Shown here piece by piece: positions 44,801 to 57,048 of a DNA stretch of 64,000 nucleotides. Origin of the DNA: Epithemia pelagica (taxonomy: Eukaryota > Protista > Bacillariophyta); contig OX337229.1 in assembly GCA_946965045.2 (NCBI GenBank), forward strand, positions 2,480,001 through 2,544,000, given 5' to 3'. The translations under genes and the position numbers were made by a program. Every line of letters starts with the position of its first letter. Within the stretch, counting starts at the first letter, position 1. The notes under the pieces are model-generated. The model was given only the letters and a program-made list of their open reading frames with translations. It was not told where the DNA came from and did not search any database.

Positions 44801-47800
44801 ATACTAGAGTTATTCTCACGCGAAACAAATGGCGACAAATCTTATAGTACAATAGCCTCAAGTCAAACAGGAACAAGTATACCATCAAAGTTGCCGCACC
44901 CAAATTGCATTGCATCATCAGCTACCTTATGGCGTGGACTATAAGTGACAACAGTTTGACATTCCAAAACCTGTGGATACTAGAGTTGTTCTCACGCGAA
45001 ACAATTGGAGACAAATCATGTAGTACAATAGCTCAAGTGGAACAGGAACAAGTATACCATCAAAGTTGCCAAACCCAAATTGCATTGCATTATCAGCTAC
45101 CTAATGGCGTGGACAATAAGTGACAACAGTTTCACATTCCAAAACCTTTGGATACTAGAGTTGTTCTCACGCGAAACAAATGGCGACAAATCATGAAGTA
45201 CAATAGCCTCAAGTTGAACAGGAACAAGTATACCATCAAAGTTGCCGCACCTAAATTGCATTCCATGATTAGATACCTTATGGCGTGGACTATAAGTGAC
45301 AACAGTTTCACATTCCAAAACCTGTGGATACTAGAGTTGTTCTCACGCGAAACAAATGGCGACAAATCTTATAGTACAATAGCCTCAAGTCGAACAGGAA
45401 CAAGTATACCATCAAAGTTGCCGAACCCAAATTGCATTGCATCATCAGCTTCCTTATGGCGTGGACCATAAGTGAAATCAGTTTCACATTCCAAAACCTT
45501 TGGATACTAGAGTTGTTCTCACGCGAAACAAATGGCGACTAATCTTGTAGTACAATAGCCTCAAGTCGAACAGGAACAAGTTTACCATCAAAGTTGCCGC
45601 AACCGAATTGCATTGCATCATCAGCTACCTTATGGCGTGGACTATAAGTGACATCAGTTTCACATTCCAAAACCTGTGGATACTAGAGTTGTTCTCACGG
45701 GAAACAAATGGCGACAAATCATCTAGTACAATAGCCTCAAGTTGAACAGGAACAAGTATACCATCAAAGTTGCCGCACCCAAATTGCATTGCATTATCAG
45801 ATACTTTATGGCGTGGACTATAAGTGACAACAGTTTCACATTCCAAAACCTTTGGATACTAGAGTTGTTCTCACGCGAAACAAATGGCGACAAATCATGA
45901 AGTACAATAGCCTCAAGTTGAACAGGAACAAGTATACCATCAAAGTTGCCGCACCCAAATTGCATTCCATGATTAGATACCTTATGGCGTGGACTATAAG
46001 TGACAACAGTTTCACATTCCAAAACCTGTGGATACTAGAGTTGTTCTCACGCGAAACAAATGGCGACAAATCTTATAGTGCAATAGCCTCAAGTTGAACA
46101 GGAACAAGTATACCATCAAAGTTGCCGCACCCAAATTGCATTGCATTATCAGATACTTTATGGCGTGGACTATAAGTGACAACAGTTTCACATTCCAAAA
46201 CCTGTGGATACTAGAGTTGTTCTCACGCGAAACAAATGGCGACAAATCTTGTAGTGCAATAGCCTCAAGTTGAACAGGAACAAGTATACCATCAAAGTTG
46301 CCACACCCAAATTGCATTGTATGATCAGCTACCTTATGGCGTGGACTATAAGTCACATCAGTTTCACATTCCAAAACCTGTGGATACTAGAGTTGTTCTC
46401 ACGCGAAACAAATGGCGACAAATCTTGTAGTGCAATAGCCTCAAGTTGAACAGGAACAAGTATACCATCAAAGTTGCCACACCCAAATTGCATTGTATGA
46501 TCAGCTACCTTATGGCGTGGACTATAAGTCACATCAGTTTCACATTCCAAAACCTGTGGATACTAGAGTTGTTCTCACGCGAAACAAATGGCGACTAATC
46601 TTGTAGTACAATAGCCTCAAGTCGAACAGGAACAAGTTTACCATCAAAGTTGCCGAACCCAAATTGCATTGCATCATCAGATATCGTATGGCGTGGACTA
46701 TAAGTGACATCAGTTTCACATTCCAAAACCTGTGGATACTAGAGTTGTTCTCACGGGAAACAAATGGCGACAAATCATCTAGTACAATAGCCTCAAAAAA
46801 CAGGAACAAGTATACCATCAAAGTTGCCGCACCCAAATTGCATTGCATTATCAGATACTTTATGGCGTGGACTATAAGTGACAACAGTTTCACATTCCAA
46901 AACCTTTGGATACTAGAGTTGTTCTCACGCGAAACAAATGGCGACAAATCATGAAGTACAATAGCCTCAAGTTGAACAGGAACAAGTATACCATCAAAGT
47001 TGCCGCACCCAAATTGCATTCCATGATTAGATACCTTATGGCGTGGACTATAAGTGACAACAGTTTCACATTCCAAAACCTGTGGATACTAGAGTTGTTC
47101 TCACGCGAAACAAATGGCGACAAATCATGAAGTACAATAGCCTCAAGTTGAACAGGAACAAGTATACCATCAAAGTTGCCGCACCCAAATTGCATTCCAT
47201 GATTAGATACCTTATGGCGTGGACCATAAGTGAAATCAGTTTCACATTCCAAAACCTGTGGATACTAGAGTTGTTCTCACGGGAAACAAATGGCGACAAA
47301 TCTTATAGTACAATAGCCTCAAGTCGAACAGGAACAAGTATACCATCAAAGTTGCCGAACCCAAATTGCATTGCATCATCAGCTTCCTTATGGCGTGGAC
47401 CATAAGTGAAATCAGTTTCACATTCCAAAACCTTTGGATACTAGAGTTGTTCTCACGCGAAACAAATGGCGACTAATCTTGTAGTACAATAGCCTCAAGT
47501 CGAACAGGAACAAGTTTACCATCAAAGTTGCCGCAACCGAATTGCATTGCATCATCAGCTACCTTATGGCGTGGACTATAAGTGACATCAGTTTCACATT
47601 CCAAAACCTGTGGATACTAGAGTTGTTCTCACGGGAAACAAATGGCGACAAATCATCTAGTACAATAGCCTCAAGTTGAACAGGAACAAGTATACCATCA
47701 AAGTTGCCGCACCCAAATTGCATTGCATTATCAGATACTTTATGGCGTGGACTATAAGTGACAACAGTTTCACATTCCAAAACCTTTGGATACTAGAGTT

Positions 47801-48498
47801 GTTCTCACGCGAAACAAATGGCGACAAATCATGAAGTACAATAGCCTCAAGTTGAACAGGAACAAGTATACCATCAAAGTTGCCGCACCCAAATTGCATT
47901 CCATGATTAGATACCTTATGGCGTGGACTATAAGTGACAACAGTTTCACATTCCAAAACCTTTGGATACTAGAGTTGTTCTCACGCGAAACAAATGGCGA
48001 CAAATCTTATAGTGCAATAGCCTCAAGTTGAACAGGAACAAGTATACCATCAAAGTTGCCGCACCCAAATTGCATTGCATTATCAGATACTTTATGGCGT
48101 GGACTATAAGTGACAACAGTTTCACATTCCAAAACCTGTGGATACTAGAGTTGTTCTCACGCGAAACAAATGGCGACAAATCTTGTAGTGCAATAGCCTC
48201 AAGTTGAACAGGAACAAGTATACCATCAAAGTTGCCACACCCAAATTGCATTGTATGATCAGCTACCTTATGGCGTGGACTATAAGTCACATCAGTTTCA
48301 CATTCCAAAACCTGTGGATACTAGAGTTTTTTGCACGCGAAACAAATGGCGACTAATCTTGTAGTACAATAGCCTCAAGTCGAACGGAAACAAGTATACC
48401 ATCAAAGTTGCCGAACCCAAATTGCATTGCATCATCAGATATCGTATGGCGTGGAATATAAGTGACAACAGTTTCACATTCCGAAACCTGTGGATACT
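41833..48498. repeat. 176-bp tandem satellite, ~38 monomers, inside the Helitron 3' arm
   Basis: TAAGTGAC recurs at 41841, 42017, 42193 and 42369 (period 176). One monomer near 42530 lacks ~65 bp. Rare variants recur at an offset of 1934 bp. Confidence 0.98.
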
Positions 48499-48633
48499 TG
48501 AATTCCATAACTACTCCCAGGAGTACAGAGCAAGTTCAGCTAAACCGTCTCTCTTTATTCTCACTCCTAAGTAGTCTACATATTTCAGTACTTCTGGTTC
48601 GTTCAGTCACGGATTCCACTGCACAGATAAAAG

Positions 48634-48674
48634 ATACTGAACTTAGTCGACTCTTTACCGCGAAGCGGTCCAAT
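48634..48674 (+). other. Right terminus: subterminal TIR plus hairpin ACCGC-GAA-GCGGT
   Basis: ATACTGAACTTAGTCGA (48634-48650), hairpin at 48657-48669, then CCAAT and the host flank. Confidence 0.85.
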
Positions 48675-48880
48675 ATCCAATTATTTGAATCCCAAGATAT
48701 TTGGTTCCCCCATAAGTGCGATCCGAAGCCAGGACAGACAGACTGGAGCAACACGCGTCATTCAAAGATCGTATCGTTCACATAAAAACCTAAAACATCA
48801 GCAGTTGGACAAGTGCCGTTGGAAATCAATCACTCTCTCATGATCCGCGCGTTTTTCATTTCATTCTCATCATCATCATC

Positions 48881-50238
48881 ATGCTTCTGAAGTCTCGCTT
48901 TGTCCTGCTGCTTCTGGTACTAGGAGGGGAGGTTCCATCCTTGTCCTTGGCATTTTCGGCCTCGTCATCCTCCTCAGGTCTGGTTCGATCCATTCATTCA
49001 CCGGTGTTGGTTCAAATGACAACCTCTTCCTTCCAAGATTTGGATCCACAGCAAGAACAAGAACCTTTTGCACGACCAACATCAACGACCACCAAGAATC
49101 CGACACCGGTATTGCTTTCCGTCTGGAAGGACTTGACACAGTCCATCTCTTCGTCATCCTCTGTGTCTCTGCCATCGATCATGGCCACTCTCTGTTTGGC
49201 CGCTGCACTTTCCTTGACACTCTTGTCGTCTCCGGATCCGGCGTGGGCGATCGTATCGGGAAGTCGCATGGGTGCTCGCACCATGAGTCGTCCCGCACCC
49301 CGCGCCAGTTCTTATGGTGGTAGTCGTAGTCGAGGATCTTATGGTGGTGGTGGCTATCGGAGGAATGGTGTGACGATTGCGCCCGTTGTGCCCATTGTCC
49401 GGGGGCGATCCCATTCCCATCCAACGCCCATTGTCGCTGGACCGGAAGTCGCGACGCCCCTCTCACTGCGGGTACCCTCGGATGATGAGATCCTTCTCGG
49501 AGTCTTGGAATTTTTTTTATCTGGATCTGGGTCCCTCCTGTGCACCATGCCGTAAATCGTGCCGTATCCGGAGTTGGGACCTCCCTATCCGGAGTTTGGA
49601 CGACCTTGGATACCATGTTGTCGTCGTCGGCTTTGGGACGCGGTGTTACCGTCGCCCAACTCAGTGTCGCCTTGGAAATTCCCAATCGAGACGATGAGAA
49701 TTCCCTCTTGTCCATTTTGGATCGATTGGCCCAAACGGCTCGGACCGATTCTCGTGTGGGCCTTCAAAATTTGACCAGTCAAGTGGCCTTGGAACTCTTG
49801 AGACGCAAGGCTTCCATTGTTTCGGCGCATGCCGAATCCAAAAAGTTCATGTCGATCGAACCGGCGCAACGAAACTTTACTGTCCGCACGGTTCAAGAAC
49901 GAGCAAAATTTGAACAAGAAACGGCGATCAGTCAATATGGTGGTGTCATTTATTCCGGCGCGAGTTCGACCACTTCTTCTTCATCGAGTAGTAGTAGTAG
50001 CGATAAGGCGACAGTGGCAGTGGTGACCTTGGTCATTGCCATTGACGGCGATTCCACTACCTTGCCGGCCATTCGATCCATGGCGAACGTGGAACAAGCC
50101 TTGCAACGCATTGCCACGGATGCCAAGATTTCGGATTGTTTGCAAAGTGCCGAAATCTTGTGGACCCCTCAAGATCGATCGGAAACCTTGACCCTCCAAG
50201 ATGTCATTGCGGATTATCCCAAACTACGCACCGTCTAG
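48881..50238 (+). pseudogene. DUF1517 copy 3, full length but with a 1-nt frameshift in a T8 run (49511-49518); may be an assembly error
   Basis: Two overlapping ORFs; adding one T gives EFFFIWIWVPPVHHAVN, collinear with copy 2. Confidence 0.75.
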
Positions 50239-50514
50239 AAGACAGACAAACATATATACACACCGTAGATGCAGATTATTATTGGTGGGATCACATGTAC
50301 CACATAGGGTGTCCCACATGCTGCGACCAACACAAGAAGTATCAATTCAAATTCAAAACATGAAGTGTATCCACATCCATGACTGTGAACTCATAAAAAC
50401 CATTAAGGTCAAATGTGAATGCAGCAAATTCCTACATCCAGTAATGTTCTTGTAGGTTTCATTCGCTCCTCCCCCAGAATAGAAGTCCCGTTGTTCCACA
50501 GTCTGTAGCATCAT

Positions 50515-52922
50515 CTATGAGGCATACATGGCCTCAATAAGGTCCTTGTACTTGTCAGCAGTCACGGAACGCTTGAGTTTCAAGGTGGGTGTGAGTTCGC
50601 CTCCCTTTTCGGTAAAGTCGGTTGGTACCAGAGCATATTTGCCAATGCGTTGGGCATGACTTGTGGCCTTGTCATTGGCCGCCGCCAGGCCCTGTTTCAA
50701 ATAATCGATCCAGTAGGGATCGTTGGCGGCTTGCTGGGTCGTGGTGGCAGTGCTTTGAGGAACGGCTTGTCGGGCGGCCGGTGTCAAGGACGTGGTCGCA
50801 ACACCATCCTGGTCCATTTCCACCTGGAGACAGAGCAAGACGGTCAAGAATTTGCGTCGATCTCCAATGACCATGGCATTACTCAATGCCGGCATGGTCG
50901 ATTTGAGGACACTTTCAATCAAGACGGGTGGAATGTTTTCCCCACCCGACGTGACAATGAGTTCCTTGATGCGACCAGTAATGGAGATGAATCCCGACGG
51001 TCCCTCGTCAATCCGTGGGTCGTCATGATGGTCCATTTCAATGACATCGCCCGAATACAACCACCCCTGATCGTCCATGGTTTCCCTGGTTTTGTCCGGC
51101 ATGTTCATGTATCCCGCAAACAAGTGTCGTCCGGTGTAACTCAATTCTCCCGTTTCGGGGTTTCGACGGGTTTGGGAACCCACAATGGGACAACCGACGG
51201 TTCCTACACAAAAGGCGGAAAGCGTATTGGCCGAATGAGGTCCGGTACATTCCGATTGTCCAAAGACATCCATAATGGGCATGTCCAAACTCATAAAGTA
51301 ACGAATAACCTTGGGTTCCATGGGAGCAGCTCCCGCCATGAAGGAGTGGCACCGATCCAATCCCAAGGCTTGATGGACCTTGCTCAACAATATCTTGGAC
51401 ATGTAGTATGTAATGGGCAAGTATCGTGTCCAAGAAAAGGATTGGAGGGCATTATAATCCATACTCTCCCAATAGGCCAAGGCTTCACCCTTGGCCCATG
51501 AGGCGAAGACTTTCTTAATACCAGTCGTGGATTTGGACACCACTTGCAATTTTTCTGTCCATAGTAGTATGGGGTGGAACAAAGAAACCAACAACCGGGG
51601 GTCAGTGACACGAGACACAATCTCCATGACAAGGACAGCATGATGCCAAAGAACCCCTGGTGACCATCCGTTCTCTCTCGCATTGCCTGCCAGCCGCAAG
51701 CAGAATGACACGTACCATAAAATTTTTCCCAGACTCGAGGAACGCCAAAAAAGACGGTTGGTCGAACTTCCAGCAAGAGGGGTCCGAGGGAACCCTTGAG
51801 AGCATCGGGTTGGGCAAAGTAAATTTGCATGCCCGTTTGAATGGGAAGATAGATATCCAACAATTGGGCGGCAATGTGACTGAGGGGCAAATAGGAGACC
51901 ATGCAATCGCGTTCCGACAATTCTCCAGCATGCGAGACGGCCAAGTGGGATACTGTTTTGGCTTGCCAGGTAATATTGTAATGGGTAATCATGACAGCCT
52001 TGGGAGGACCGGTCGTACCACTGGTATAAATCAAGGAACAGGTATGACCCGGTTGCCATGCCTCAGTTCGTTGGGCCAACATGGCCTTCAACTGTTCGTC
52101 CTTGTCCTTGTCGTTGGTTGGATTCCCCAAGGCACAAAATTCGTCAAAGGTGTAGACGGGGATTCCTCCACATTGCGCTTTCACACTATCTGGAATGGTG
52201 GCCTTCTTGTCGTTGTCGTCGCTGTACAAGCCATAGACCACCAGGGCTTGCAATTGGGGTTTCAAGTCTTTCGCAATGGCATAGTACTTTTGCAATTGTG
52301 CCAGACCGTGAACGACCACCACCTTGGCCTTGGAATGCTGGGAAATGTATCGACAGGCCTCGGTTTCATTCGTGGCATAAATGCCCACCGAGACGCCACC
52401 GGCGGCCATGGCACCCAAACTGGCAAACAACCATTCGGGGGCATTGAATCCCAATATATTGACACTGTCAAAGGGTTGAAATCCCAATCGAAGCAAGGCC
52501 TTGCCAAACAAGGATACTTGATTCCGATACTCTTGCCACGTCCACGTCGTCCACGGTACTTGTGCCGCCGTTTGGCCCTGCAATAGGATGATATATGGTG
52601 TTGTTTCGGAATGGGTACTGTGTGAGAAGGGACACGAGGAGGTTGATACACCAAATGTTGTTTGTTTGTGTATTCCTTCGTTCTAGTATTCCGTACGTAC
52701 CGTTTTGGGTCGTTTGTGAAACAAGGCTGGTGTCTTGGGAATGCGTTGGACGGTCCGATCCATGGCTTGAAAAATAGTTTCGGGAGTTTCGGCCGCTCGA
52801 CCCGATGTGCCCATGCGAATGCGGACTTGTTGTTTGACATGGGAGGTGGACCATGGCAAGGATGGATCGTCCACGGGAAGAGTCGTCGTAGTCGTAGTCG
52901 TAGTCGTAGTCGTAGTGGTCAT
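50515..52922 (-). CDS. ACSBG: Long-chain acyl-CoA synthetase, bubblegum family (paralog B, intact); exons 52922-52701, 52577-51716, 51554-50515
   Basis: Same motifs and intron positions as paralog A; N-terminal poly-Thr encoded by (ACTACG)n. Confidence 0.92.
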
Positions 52923-53860
52923 GATGAGGATGAAGATGAGGAAATTGGATAATCTCGGATGATCTTGATTCTTCTCTAGGAAGTATTATGAGACCTTGTC
53001 GAATCAACTTGTTGTCTCCAGAAAGAGTATCTTGTGTATCTTGTTTGCATCTTTCACACTTCATACACCAAACAAAGAGATAAAAGATACCCTGTCTCGC
53101 CTGTTGTGTCTGTCAAAGTGCGGCGCGATTACGATTACCGCTTGTTGGTCTTGGTCTTGGTGTTCGCCGGGTGACGTGTCTTACTCGTGACTTTAGAAAC
53201 CAGATAGGGACTGGAGTCCTGGATTGGAGTCATTCGTGTGAGGGGGCATTTTTTCTGTCCCAAAATCTACTTCCCAGAAGAACTAACAGTTTTCGAATAT
53301 TGAGATCAATTCCCGTACAAATACTCCCTTGCATTCACATTCCGTAAGCGCTGGGGGATACATCGACGGCGCATCCAAGAAGACATTACGGAATTCCGTG
53401 GCACCGGGACTTTGGTGTAAACATTCCCGGAAGCACACATAAACTCGATCGGATACTTTGCCAAAGCATCCCTCTCTCATGCCATTGTCTCTTCTCTGGC
53501 GACACACCTCAACAGACAGATATCAGCAATACGCGCACAAGAATTTAAAAGCCGAATCCTAAAAACTCAGCGCGCCAGATTGGAACAACGAGGCTTCGCC
53601 CCACAGATGCCACTATACACGCCATTCTCTCTAGCACAATTCTTCCCGGCAGAACACCAGCCCCACCTGCTTTGCGGTACAGCCGCTTAGCAGCACCTGC
53701 ACATCATAGACCACTAAATTTAACAAACATTCCAAGTGCTTGGTTGCGATGGTGCTGATCATCATCACTTGTGGTACCGTTCCTATTGGTTCCTGCTCTA
53801 TCCTTGCAGCATAATATCATTCATTCGTTTTAGTGCCAGCGCGAGGCAACAACCTGTATC

Positions 53861-55024
53861 ATGAGCGCGTTCCACGAAACGCTCACTGTCACAGATGATG
53901 GCCTTTCGGCAGGTTCCTCCTCATCATCCGCAAGAAGTCTTCACTCAGCCTCCACCAAACAGATCTTGCTCCCTCTTGTATCCCTTGTCCTGGACCGTGG
54001 TGGTCCTGCAACAGTAAACGAGTATTCCCCTGGTAGTGGACGCATTCCCCTGCCGATGGAAGTCACCATGGCCAAAGAAGGTCAGTAGTACTTTCATCAT
54101 CCGTGTCAGTGTGTCACTCACGTTCAGTTTGTGAGTCGAGTCTCACCAAAGATTAAATCAACTCACACATGGCATTTTCCAGGAGCTGATTCCGACCAAG
54201 TACTCTTGCTGCAAAAAAAGCTTGCCGCCATGGAAGAAGAAAAGAATTATTGGAAGCACATGTATTTCTTGATGGAAAAAGACTTGCGCGGTAAAATTAA
54301 GGAAGTAAACTTGAAGATGCGCAAAGACATTGAGGAAGTCCAAGTAAAATTGTCTGGAAAGGAGACGGAGTTGTTGCATCTGAAAGCAGCCTTGATGGCT
54401 AAAGGAAACGCATCGCGAAAGACGGCACCCTTCATGTCTACACCTTTAACATCACTGCAAGGGAAACTCGACGAGGTCAATAGAGTTGGTTCTGTTGCCG
54501 ATTCTGACTCCACTGGGATTCAGCTTTCATGTCAATCTGATAATGCAACTGCTGAAGCGCAAAAGGAAATGAATAGCACCTACGTCGATGTCAACAACTG
54601 GATAATTGATACGGTCGCCAGTAGCTCAGAAATGGAAAGCAACGGGATCCTCCGCTCAGGCTTGCTCTATTGCCTCCAAGCTCATGGGACCAACCGACCT
54701 GCAGTTCTCAGCCTCGCAGAAACAAGCGAACGCGGAAAGGGATGCTTCATGAATCAAACGAATGATGATCATCCCTTTCCGCGTTCGTTTGTTTCTGCGA
54801 ACGCGGAAAGGGATGATCGTCATTCGTTTGATAAAAAGCCTTCACGAAGCGACAGTGAAGAGAGTGACGTTTCCAGTAGTAATGGAAACGATTCCTATGG
54901 AATACGCATGGAGTTCTGTGTGAACAGCACTGACACTATTGTTCCATGTCTAGCCATGAACGAAAGAGACCAATTGTGGCACCTTCCACATCCATCTTCA
55001 GCAAATCAATCGGTAAACTTCTAG
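53861..55024 (+). CDS. Coiled-coil protein of unknown function, copy 1; exons 53861-54080, 54183-55024
   Basis: The GTCAGT..CAG intron restores the frame into LLLQKKLAAMEEEKNYWK; exon structure is conserved with copy 2. Confidence 0.6.
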
Positions 55025-56067
55025 CTAGATACTAGATGAGGTCGATCCTGGGGCAAGGATGGAATTGCTTGTATCGTCTCTCATTGCCCTTGGAAGAACC
55101 TTGTGCGGCGGTGATTGATCCATCCCCACGATCTTTTTGAACCATTTTTTACGCCACTCGATTAAACAAACATGGTTCGATTCCGTGGGGACAATAGAGT
55201 GATGGGGTGTCAAGTGTGAAGGCCAAGGAAATGGCATTACATAAAAAGGGGAGATCTAATAACCTGCCGCACGCACCCCACAGAGTGACGCCGAGCTTGC
55301 TAGCTGCTAGAGACGAATTGAGTCTTAGGGCATCATGAGAGGAGCAAAAGACAGTTTCGATCTGATCCGAGCTCTCTTTACAGCCCGAATCGAGACTTGT
55401 GACGATGTGATTGTCTGCTATCGAAACAAAAAGGTAAAACTGTCTGTGCTTTTGTGGGGCTGCGCTTCTCGCTTCCCAGAAAGAACTATACATAACGAGA
55501 GAAAGATAAAGGTGAACCGTAGAGATACGCAGCCAATACATGAGAATCTGGAACAATGCAGCAAAGATTTGTAGTCATCCATCGTCCTGATACAACGATC
55601 AATTTTCCAAATCTACCTACTCTACCTTGTTCTGTTTGCTTGTGATTGGTGCAGCCATTCCGAGGGACATTTCCATCAGCGTGCCACCCGATTGTTGAGT
55701 CCCGGACTCTCTGGAGTCAACTTTAGGATATCTACGAATCAAGTAGGCTCTCCAATCCCCAGCGGGGTGGTTTCGAGGTTGTAGTTTCTGTGAGCCAGAT
55801 TACACCCAATAAGCCACCCCCGCTGGGGGCGGTAAGCTCGCACTTTCAATCCTTCACACCCCATCTGTTTCATCCCATATAGATTACGAAAGGCAATATT
55901 CTTATCCTTGTCTATTACGGAATTCCGTGGCACCGGGACTTTGGTGTGACCGTACCAAGTGCTTGGTTGCGATGGTGCTGGATCATCACTTGTGGTTCCT
56001 GCTTCATCCTCTTGCAGCATAATATCATTCATTCGTTAGTACCAGCGCGAGCCAACAACCCTGTATC

Positions 56068-57048
56068 ATGAGCGCGTTCAACGAAACGCTCACTGTCACA
56101 GATGATGGCCTTTCGGTAGGTTCCTCATCATCATCCGCAAGTCTTCACTCAGCCTCCACCGAACAGATCTTGCTCCCTCTTGTATCCCTTGTCCTGGACA
56201 GTGGTGGTCCTACAACAGTAAACGAGTATTCCTCTGGTAGTGGACGCATTCCCCTGCCGGTGGAAATCAACATGGCCAAAGAAGGTCAGTACTTTCATCA
56301 TCCGTGTCAGTGTTTCACTCACGTCCAGTTTGTGATTTGAGTCTCACCAAAGATTGAATCAACTCACACATGGCTTTCTTCAGGAGCTGATTCCGACCAA
56401 GTACTCTTGCTGCAAGAAAAGCTAGCAGCCATGGAAGAAGAAAAGAATTATTGGAAGCACAGCTATTTCTTGATGGAAGAAGAATCGCGCGATAAAATCA
56501 AGGAAGTGAACCTGAAGATGCGCAAAGAGATTGAGGAAGTGAACCTGAAGATGCGCAAAGAGATTGAGGAAGTGAACCTGAAGATGCGCAAAGAGATTGA
56601 GGAAGTGCAAGAAAAATTGACTGCAAAGGAGGGAGAGTTGTTGCATCTGAAAGCAGCCTTGATGGCTAAAGGAGACGCATCGCGAAAGACGGCACCCTTC
56701 ATGTCTACACCTTTCGCATCGCTGCAAGGGAAACTCGACGAGGTCAATGGAGGTAGTTCTGTTTCCGGTTCTGACTCCACTGGGAATCTGCTTTCATGTC
56801 AATCTGGTGTTGCAACAGCTGAAGCGCAAAAGGAAATGAATAGAACCTACGACGAAATGAAAAACTGGATAGGTGATACGGTCGCCACTAGCTCCGTAAT
56901 GGAAAGCAACGGGTTGCTTCAACCTATCAGAAAGGGCGTTGAGGTTTTGTCTATTACCTCAAAGCTCCTGGTACCAACCGACCTGCCCTCCCCAGCCCCG
57001 CAGAAACAAGCGAATGCGGAAAAGGATGATCGTAACTCGTGTGATTAA
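56068..57048 (+). CDS. Coiled-coil protein of unknown function, copy 2; exons 56068-56284, 56384-57048
   Basis: Paralog of 53861-55024 with a 33-nt unit (EEVNLKMRKEI) expanded to three copies and an earlier stop. Confidence 0.6.

Larger units (their letters stand above)
31724..48674 (+). mobile_element. ~17-kb Helitron2/HLE2-type rolling-circle transposon
   Basis: Flanks GGGAGTTGT|...|ATCCAATTATTTG rejoin to match the paralogous empty site at 25211-25232, with no TSD (boundary ambiguous by 1 nt). Asymmetric TIRs at 31724-31740 and 48634-48650 (16/17 match), hairpins at both ends, and an internal RepHel gene. Confidence 0.9.

Noticed and set aside
41838-48308. Many short ORFs (MECETVVTYSPRH.., MSPFVSRENN.., MDTRVVLTRNK..)
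   Set aside because: By-products of the satellite: 176 is not a multiple of 3, so frames shift every monomer and stops are frequent.
41833-48498. CRISPR-like array
   Set aside because: Monomers are contiguous with only point variants; there are no unique spacers and no cas-like genes.
31724-48674. Fanzor/TnpB or AP-endonuclease cargo; canonical Helitron1 ends
   Set aside because: No RuvC or zinc-finger pattern in the accessory ORFs, RepHel ends after the helicase, and the right end is not CTRR.
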